Of a DNA stretch of 24,214 nt, positions 16,469 through 24,214 are shown piece by piece (the first letter of the stretch is position 1; each line of letters opens with the position of its first letter). The translations under genes were made by a program, and so were the position numbers. Location of the stretch: positions 9,779 through 33,992 of the forward strand of contig CAZTWG010000002.1 of the NCBI GenBank assembly GCA_964617525.1, given 5' to 3'. The notes under the pieces are model-generated. The model ran no database searches and was not told the DNA's origin. It was given only the letters and a program-made list of their open reading frames with translations. This stretch comes from an uncultured Gammaproteobacteria bacterium (GTDB lineage Bacteria; Patescibacteriota; Patescibacteriia; UBA2591; UBA6264).

Positions 16469-17257
16469 TTTTTTCCTTTTCAACAACATACTCACCCCAA
16501 ATATAATAGCTAAAATCGCAAATATTTGACCTAGTCTCAAGCCCAATAACATAGGCTCATGGTCAGTTCTCAAAAATTCTAAAGAAAATCTAACCAAAGC
16601 ATACAAAATAAGGTACCAAGAAAAAACTATTCCCGAATGAGGAACGGTTTTTTTCATTTGGGATTTTAATAATAGAAATAAGATTACGAAAATAAATAAA
16701 TTCAAAATAAATTCATAAAAAAAACAAGGATGAAAATATTGATAATTTAAAAACTCAATAGGTCTGTTAGAAACATCAATAGGAATGCCCCATGGTAAAT
16801 TAGTTGGTTTGCCAAAAATTTCTTGATTGAAATAATTTCCCCATCTTCCTAAAGCTTGCCCTAAAATTAAAACAGGAGCTAACAAATCAGCCAAAGCCAA
16901 AAAAGAAAGTTTTTCTTTACGAGCATATAAAAATAAAGCTAGACTTCCTCCAATTACTCCTCCATAGATGCCTAATCCCCCCTCCCAAATCTTAAAAATT
17001 TCTAATGGATGACCCAAATAATGTGGGAGTTCATTAAAAATATAGTAGACCCTGGCTCCTATAAAACCAAAAATGACAATATTAAAGGTAATATCTTGAA
17101 TATGAGATTTATATTTAGGTGCTATTTTTACGACCAGCGCTAATCCTAAAAAAATAGCTATAGCTATTAGAAGCCCATACCAATGAATATTCCAAAACCC
17201 CAACCTAAGGAGAATAGGTTGGGGATTATAATTGTGTAAAAAATTAATTAAAAACAT
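16460..17257 (-). CDS. lgt: Prolipoprotein diacylglyceryl transferase
   Basis: 265-aa polytopic ORF with Lgt hallmarks (IHWYGLLIAIAI, GARVYYI, WEGGLGIYGGVIGG, GRWGNYFNQE). Confidence 0.92.
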   Translation of the reverse strand: MFLINFLHNYNPQPILLRLGFWNIHWYGLLIAIAIFLGLALVVKIAPKYKSHIQDITFNIVIFGFIGARVYYIFNELPHYLGHPLEIFKIWEGGLGIYGGVIGGSLALFLYARKEKLSFLALADLLAPVLILGQALGRWGNYFNQEIFGKPTNLPWGIPIDVSNRPIEFLNYQYFHPCFFYEFILNLFIFVILFLLLKSQMKKTVPHSGIVFSWYLILYALVRFSLEFLRTDHEPMLLGLRLGQIFAILAIIFGVSMLLKRKKNC

Positions 17258-17281
17258 TAATTTTATAATCTTTTTATTTTT

Positions 17282-18316
17282 TTAATCACAAGAACCCCCA
17301 CTATCAGAAGTTAACCCAGTTCCAAAACTAGGGGCAGGAGTTTCTGTTGAAAGAGTTTCTAGACATTCTTCAGGTTGAACGTTAAATGCTTGGCAGATAA
17401 AAGCTTTATAATTTTCGGGAGTGCGAGGGTTAACGTTAACATTTTTACCATTGATAACTATAGATGGAGAGCCTCCAATACCATACATCTCGTTAAGACT
17501 GCTTTCTACATTAAACATAGGATATTGATTAGGAACCTGACCATCAAGCCATGTATCTTTATTTTCATAATCAGCACTGACATTATACTCTTTGTCGGTT
17601 TCTGAAATACAAGAATTTAGTTTATCTTGATTGATATTTGCGCTTAATAAACATTTTTCTGAATCACCATCCTTAACAAAACATGATAAATAATCCATAT
17701 ATTCATCTTGAGATTCGGATTGCATGCAATATTGTCTTAAATTTTCATCAAGCTCTTTTTTGCCATGCATGGCATAATTGCAAAAATGCACTGTAATATT
17801 TGCCTTATCTTTTAGCAACGCATAAACTGGCAACATAGTTTTCTGGGACTGAAGCCCAAAAGGACAATAGCTCATCACAAACAAATCAATGTTTGGTTTG
17901 TCTGCTTTAACTATCTCTGCAGTAACTGACGCATTATCTTTAGCTTTTGTTGTTTTTAATACCTCGGCCATTTTAATCACATCTGGAAATAAATATTTTC
18001 CGTCTTTAGAGACAAAAGAATCGTAAGATTTATCTCCGATTTTTATCTTAAACTTACTAATCTCAATTCTCTCCTCAGAATCTGTCTCCCCTAGTGTCGC
18101 GCTAGACCCTGGAGGTAATAATTCGTCGTTAATAAAAGTAATAGCATTATCGATCGTCTCTTGATTAGCTCCTTCTTTTACCAACAATCCCCTAATTCCA
18201 AATCCATTAGTGAAAATTGAAGCTACCAACAATATTGACAATATAATCCAACCAATCTTAGGGCTTGGATGTATACCCTTTTTTGCTTTTTCTACTTTAT
18301 CTAATGTGTTTTCCAT
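17282..18316 (-). CDS. Membrane-anchored thioredoxin-fold (DsbA/GILT-like) protein with a CPFG variant active-site motif
   Basis: 344-aa ORF with an N-terminal TM anchor. DLFVMSYCPFG sits where a CxxC motif would be, followed by MHGKKELDENLRQYC, which resembles the second signature of GILT-like thiol reductases. Many additional Cys residues. The family call is by eye only. Confidence 0.5.
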   Translation of the reverse strand: MENTLDKVEKAKKGIHPSPKIGWIILSILLVASIFTNGFGIRGLLVKEGANQETIDNAITFINDELLPPGSSATLGETDSEERIEISKFKIKIGDKSYDSFVSKDGKYLFPDVIKMAEVLKTTKAKDNASVTAEIVKADKPNIDLFVMSYCPFGLQSQKTMLPVYALLKDKANITVHFCNYAMHGKKELDENLRQYCMQSESQDEYMDYLSCFVKDGDSEKCLLSANINQDKLNSCISETDKEYNVSADYENKDTWLDGQVPNQYPMFNVESSLNEMYGIGGSPSIVINGKNVNVNPRTPENYKAFICQAFNVQPEECLETLSTETPAPSFGTGLTSDSGGSCD

Positions 18317-18352
18317 AAAAATAGTAAATTAATTAATTAAGAACCTAATAAA

Positions 18353-18382
18353 ATTATAACATAAACAAAGAATAACCGTCAA
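18353..18382 (-). promoter_or_regulatory. Candidate sigma70-type promoter (TTGACG - 18 nt - TGtTATAAT) for the thioredoxin-fold gene
   Basis: On the minus strand the -35 TTGACG (18382-18377) overlaps the gatA stop codon. The extended -10 TGTTATAAT ends at 18353, about 36 nt upstream of the ATG at 18316. Confidence 0.55.
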
Positions 18383-19806
18383 CCTTTTTGATAAATCATG
18401 TCAGCAATTTGTAAAATCTTGTAATCTTGCAAATAATCACCAATAAGCTGTAGTCCGACTGGCAAATTTTTAACCTTGCCCACTGGTAAAGAAATGGCAG
18501 GCAATCCAGCTAGATTTACTGAGGCAGTGCAAATATCGGACAAATACATAGCTAAGGGGTCTTTGGTCTTGTCCCCTAACAAAAAAGCAGTGGTAGGGGT
18601 AGTTGGAGTGATTAAACAATCCAGCCCAGTTTTAAAAGCATTTGCGAAGTCTTGTTTAATTAACGACCTTACCTTTTGAGCACGTAAATAATAATCTTCT
18701 TTGTGTCCAGCTGATAAGCTATAAGCTCCCAAGACAATGCGACGTTTTACTTCTTCACCTAAACCCTGAGAACGAGAATCTAGATAAACATCAAGTAAAT
18801 GTTTTGATTTTTTAAAAGAGGATAACCCATATCTTATCCCGTCATATCTAGCTAAATTAGCTGAAATTTCAGCAGGCATAATAATATAATAAACAGCTAA
18901 GGCATATTCAGTATGAGGTAAACTTATTTCTTTTATAATCGCTCCTTGTTTAGCTAAATTATCAAGTTTTCCTTTGAGAATAGACTTAACCTTAGGATCC
19001 AATCCTTTTTCAAAATATTCTTTAGGAAGTCCAATTCTAATCCCTTTTAAGTTTTTGATATTTAACTCTTGCGATAAAGATGATTTTTTAATACTCGTAG
19101 AATCTAATGGATCATAGCCCTTAATTGTATCTAAAATTATCCTTGTCCCTTCAACTGTTTTGGCTAGGGGCCCAATTTGGTCTAAAGAAGAGGCAAGAGC
19201 AATTAATCCATAACGTGATACTAGACCATAAGTTGGTTTAAACCCAACCACTCCGCAAAAACTAGCTGGCTGGCGAATAGAACCACCTGTATCAGAACCT
19301 AAAGCGCCTAAACACATCTGAGAAGCAATACTAGCAGCTGAGCCACCAGAAGAACCACCAGGGACATAATCTAAATTATGAGGGTTTTTAACTGGACCAA
19401 AATATGAGCTCTCGCTAGAAGAACCCATAGCAAATTCATCCATATTAGTTTTGCCAATCAAAATTGCGCCTACTTGTTTCAATTTCTTTATTACAGAAGC
19501 ATCATAAGTCGCCTTATATTTCTCCAAAATTTTAGATCCAGCAGTACAGAATACATCTTTTACCAAAATATTATCTTTAATCGCTATAGGGATTCCTGCT
19601 AAAATATTCTTTTTAAAACTTTTTTTAGCATCCACCTCTTTAGCTTGCTGTAAGCTTTGTTTTTCTAGGATAGTAATAAAAGCATTAACATCTGGATTCT
19701 TGTTTTTAATAACCCGGATACAACTTTTCACCAACTCCTGACTAGAAAATTCACCATCTTTTAATCCCTGGTTAGCTTGTTTAATTGTTAAATTATTTAA
19801 CTCCAT
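18379..19806 (-). CDS. gatA: Glutamyl/aspartyl-tRNA amidotransferase subunit A
   Basis: 475-aa ORF with the amidase signature (GGSSGGSAASIA, GSDTGGSIRQPA). Immediately downstream of gatC. Confidence 0.95.
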   Translation of the reverse strand: MELNNLTIKQANQGLKDGEFSSQELVKSCIRVIKNKNPDVNAFITILEKQSLQQAKEVDAKKSFKKNILAGIPIAIKDNILVKDVFCTAGSKILEKYKATYDASVIKKLKQVGAILIGKTNMDEFAMGSSSESSYFGPVKNPHNLDYVPGGSSGGSAASIASQMCLGALGSDTGGSIRQPASFCGVVGFKPTYGLVSRYGLIALASSLDQIGPLAKTVEGTRIILDTIKGYDPLDSTSIKKSSLSQELNIKNLKGIRIGLPKEYFEKGLDPKVKSILKGKLDNLAKQGAIIKEISLPHTEYALAVYYIIMPAEISANLARYDGIRYGLSSFKKSKHLLDVYLDSRSQGLGEEVKRRIVLGAYSLSAGHKEDYYLRAQKVRSLIKQDFANAFKTGLDCLITPTTPTTAFLLGDKTKDPLAMYLSDICTASVNLAGLPAISLPVGKVKNLPVGLQLIGDYLQDYKILQIADMIYQKG

Positions 19807-19809
19807 ATA

Positions 19810-22145
<2,336 letters not shown>

Positions 22146-22190
22146 AAAAATTGCTGTCTTGGCGACTTTTTACAAACCAAGCTAATCTAT

Positions 22191-22583
22191 CTATAAAATA
22201 CTAAACCCTCTAGAGGATATATAAAGGCCAAGAATCAAAACAATAGTTCCGTAAATAATATACCAATTCTGGCACTTAGTAAATGACTTCACTATCTTGT
22301 AAGCCACGCTTTGACGCATAAAAAGCATAGTCAATCCCTTTAATAAAACTATCCAACTAAACACTGTGATAATAACCCTCCACCCGCCTGTCCAGATATT
22401 GTGACTTAAAACTAAAAGCAATCCCATAATAATTACAAAAAAACTCATAACAAACATTGACGACTTGTCTTTAAGTAAAGTATAGGTCATTTGGCGCAAT
22501 GATTTATGCTTTATTAAAATGAAAAGCCCTACGATGATGAAGTAAAGCCCCATTAGCTTTGCTAAAAAAATTGAAGTACCCAT
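22191..22583 (-). CDS. Small integral membrane protein (130 aa, about 4 TM helices), unknown function
   Basis: Hydrophobic ORF, last gene of the XRE-led co-directional cassette. No family recognised. Confidence 0.55.
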   Translation of the reverse strand: MGTSIFLAKLMGLYFIIVGLFILIKHKSLRQMTYTLLKDKSSMFVMSFFVIIMGLLLVLSHNIWTGGWRVIITVFSWIVLLKGLTMLFMRQSVAYKIVKSFTKCQNWYIIYGTIVLILGLYISSRGFSIL

Positions 22584-22619
22584 AAATTTAAAAATTAAAC
22601 TAATTAGACAATTTAAAAC

Positions 22620-23009
22620 TTACTTTTTTCTTTTATGCTTACTCTCTGTTAGCAGGGCGCGAATCCCTTTCAGTGATATTCCAATTAACCCTCCCCAAAA
22701 ACAAATACTAGCTAAAATCAATGGCGCGTCAACTTCTATAGAGAAAAAATGTTGGAGCAATAGTCCTTCACCGTTCCAAAAATATAATTCAACCAAAAGG
22801 AAAAACAAAAAACTACCCAACAAAGACCCTACAATTAGTTTTGGCAAAAACCTATAGCTTCTATCTTCGTTTTGCACTAATACCATAAAAACGCCAGCCA
22901 TAATAGGGACCAATAAAGTCCACTGTTGCAACACAAAATTGAAAGGCCCAGCCACAAACAATAAGCCAACTGGAACAAAAATAGCAATTACTAATAAAAC
23001 TTTTTTCAT
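22620..23009 (-). CDS. Small integral membrane protein (129 aa, about 4 TM helices, basic C-terminal tail), unknown function
   Basis: Hydrophobic ORF with a KHKRKK tail, co-directional with short spacers in the cassette. No family recognised. Confidence 0.55.
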   Translation of the reverse strand: MKKVLLVIAIFVPVGLLFVAGPFNFVLQQWTLLVPIMAGVFMVLVQNEDRSYRFLPKLIVGSLLGSFLFFLLVELYFWNGEGLLLQHFFSIEVDAPLILASICFWGGLIGISLKGIRALLTESKHKRKK

Positions 23010-23026
23010 AATTTTAAATTATACGA

Positions 23027-23209
23027 TTAAATAATAAAAACCTTCCGATAACGAAAGGCCACAAAAAATACAACATATAAAAAAGTAGAAATATTTTCAA
23101 GATAAGAAGCATAGCCAGACATTCGGCCATTATACCAAACAATAAATCCAACAGAAAAATACAAAATAATAACAATAAAAATAGAAATTTTTACTAATTT
23201 TGTTTTCAT
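23027..23209 (-). CDS. Very small membrane protein (60 aa, 2 TM helices), unknown function
   Basis: Short hydrophobic ORF lying 25 nt downstream of the HTH gene and 17 nt upstream of the next membrane ORF. Coding status is less certain because of its size. Confidence 0.4.
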   Translation of the reverse strand: MKTKLVKISIFIVIILYFSVGFIVWYNGRMSGYASYLENISTFLYVVFFVAFRYRKVFII

Positions 23210-23234
23210 TTCAGTGTATTCTTATGTCCTAAAA

Positions 23235-23519
23235 TTATTTAACAAATTCAACCTTCAAGCGTCGATCAAATGAAGCAGCAATTTTTTGAAGATTATCAGC
23301 AGTAAAATTTTGATTTCCTCCCTCCATTCTGGCAATAACACTCTGAGTAGTCCCAAGCTTTTTAGCCAAATCTGCTTGGCTTATTTTTTCTTTTTTTCGT
23401 AGTTGAGTAATTTTATATGCAATCATAAGACGCTGATCTTCTTTTTCATAAGCCTTTCGAAACGCCTTATTCTTTATTTCCTTTTGGAAATGTTTCTCGT
23501 AATTTGTTAACTTAGTCAT
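23235..23519 (-). CDS. XRE-family helix-turn-helix transcriptional regulator (HigA/antitoxin-like architecture)
   Basis: 94-aa ORF. ISQADLAKKLGTTQSVIARMEGG is a classic HTH_3 motif. The N-terminal helical extension and the C-terminal LKVEFVK strand resemble short XRE antitoxin-type proteins. Confidence 0.85.
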   Translation of the reverse strand: MTKLTNYEKHFQKEIKNKAFRKAYEKEDQRLMIAYKITQLRKKEKISQADLAKKLGTTQSVIARMEGGNQNFTADNLQKIAASFDRRLKVEFVK

Positions 23520-23562
23520 ATTTTTTATGAGAAATTATCTCACTTTCTTATCATTTGGCTAC

Positions 23563-23618
23563 GGCAATGGAACGATGTGGGAACTTGGATAGTTAATCAA
23601 TCGTTGCCCTGCATTGCC
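23563..23618. promoter_or_regulatory. Bipartite inverted repeat (GGCAATG-g-AACGAT ... ATCGTT-gccctg-CATTGCC) in the leader of the XRE gene
   Basis: Both arm pairs are exact reverse complements: 23563-23569 with 23612-23618, and 23571-23576 with 23600-23605. The element lies between the candidate -10 (23637-23632) and the ATG at 23519. Confidence 0.6.
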
Positions 23619-23631
23619 CCGATTTAATTTA

Positions 23632-23637
23632 ATTATA
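23632..23637 (-). promoter_or_regulatory. Candidate -10 hexamer (TATAAT) for the XRE-led cassette
   Basis: Perfect TATAAT on the minus strand, preceded by TG immediately upstream and by a weak -35-like TTAATA at 18-nt spacing. About 110 nt upstream of the XRE ATG. Confidence 0.45.
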
Positions 23638-23676
23638 CATACAATCTTGTAATTTTATTAACTCGAAACGATCAGT

Positions 23677-24198
23677 TCACCAGCTTAACTTATATTTTCC
23701 GTTTAGATAATCTTTTCTCCCACAAGCTTTGGTTCTCAAACCATCTAAATATCTATCAAGGGGTTTAGCCCTTGATACTCCTTTAAGTATTTTAGCCAAA
23801 ACATCATCTTTTCCTATATTTAATTTATCATTCTGGAACTGATTGAATCTCCATGTGTATGGAAATGTTTGACATATAATCATTTTTGCATACCGACTAT
23901 CCGTCTCTCCCATTGAGGGCATTAAAGCTACATAGGTATTACCTATTACTGCAAAAGGAATTCCTGTAATTGAAATAAAGGGTCTTAAAATCACCATTCG
24001 CTCATAAACATAAGAGAGACTAAGAAGTGGGCCCAAAAATAGAACTGTCCAGATAAAACTTATCGGCAGAAGTAGCAAAAAACCAACAAGTGGTATAGAA
24101 ATAAATATGCCCAAAACAAAAGTTGTTATTATTTGAATAGGAACAACAATAAATGCGGTTATAGAAATAATTATACTTATAATTTTATTTGTAATCAT
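23677..24198 (-). CDS. Membrane protein (173 aa; 3-4 N-terminal TM helices plus a roughly 70-aa soluble C-terminal region), unknown function
   Basis: Uninterrupted ORF with a strongly hydrophobic N-terminal two-thirds. No family recognised. Confidence 0.5.
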   Translation of the reverse strand: MITNKIISIIISITAFIVVPIQIITTFVLGIFISIPLVGFLLLLPISFIWTVLFLGPLLSLSYVYERMVILRPFISITGIPFAVIGNTYVALMPSMGETDSRYAKMIICQTFPYTWRFNQFQNDKLNIGKDDVLAKILKGVSRAKPLDRYLDGLRTKACGRKDYLNGKYKLSW

Positions 24199-24214
24199 AA
24201 ACGCTTCTTAACTC

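Noticed and set aside
23520-23676. Possible toxin gene or toxin remnant upstream of the antitoxin-like XRE gene.
   Set aside because: Translating the minus strand in all three frames gives only very short peptides, for example MQGND-stop and a 13-codon frame ending ...KFPHRSIAVAK-stop. None resembles a RelE, HigB or ParE core. The space is better explained by a promoter plus a dyad element.

Overview
AT-rich, densely packed chromosomal window. 28 of the 29 protein genes I call, and both tRNAs, are on the minus strand, so transcription runs right to left; comF is the only plus-strand gene. Standard genetic code: TGA acts as a stop at two ATGA stop/start overlaps next to full-length conserved proteins. 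The gene content (small housekeeping genes, a type IV pilus cluster with no secretin, many tiny unknown membrane proteins, no Shine-Dalgarno motifs) suggests a small-genome monoderm bacterium of the Patescibacteria/CPR type. That assignment is inference only. In coordinate order: (1) rplA, rplK, nusG, secE, gyrB; (2) a membrane-anchored HtrA-like/PDZ protein whose catalytic triad looks substituted, a polytopic membrane protein, a 117-aa unknown, queH and an MFS transporter; (3) tRNA-Pro(CGG) and tRNA-Val(CAC); (4) a type IV pilus block, pilC, a pilT-like gene with degenerate ATPase motifs, pilB, a 96-aa anchored protein, pilO-like, pilN-like with a long Lys/Glu-rich extension, and pilM, divergent from comF; (5) lgt, a thioredoxin-fold protein with CPFG in place of CxxC, gatA, gatC, ligA; (6) an XRE-family HTH gene followed by three small unknown membrane proteins, plus a 173-aa unknown membrane protein. 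I found no rRNA, CRISPR array, transposase or integrase. I cannot support a clearly novel system from sequence alone. The items most worth follow-up are the motif-degenerate PilT paralog, the PilN extension with a duplicated INLLP-like motif, the triad-less HtrA homolog, a GC-rich motif recurring in three AT-rich leader regions (rplK, gyrB, pilN), a perfect 13-bp-arm palindrome upstream of gyrB, and the XRE plus small-membrane-protein cassette with a dyad in its leader.
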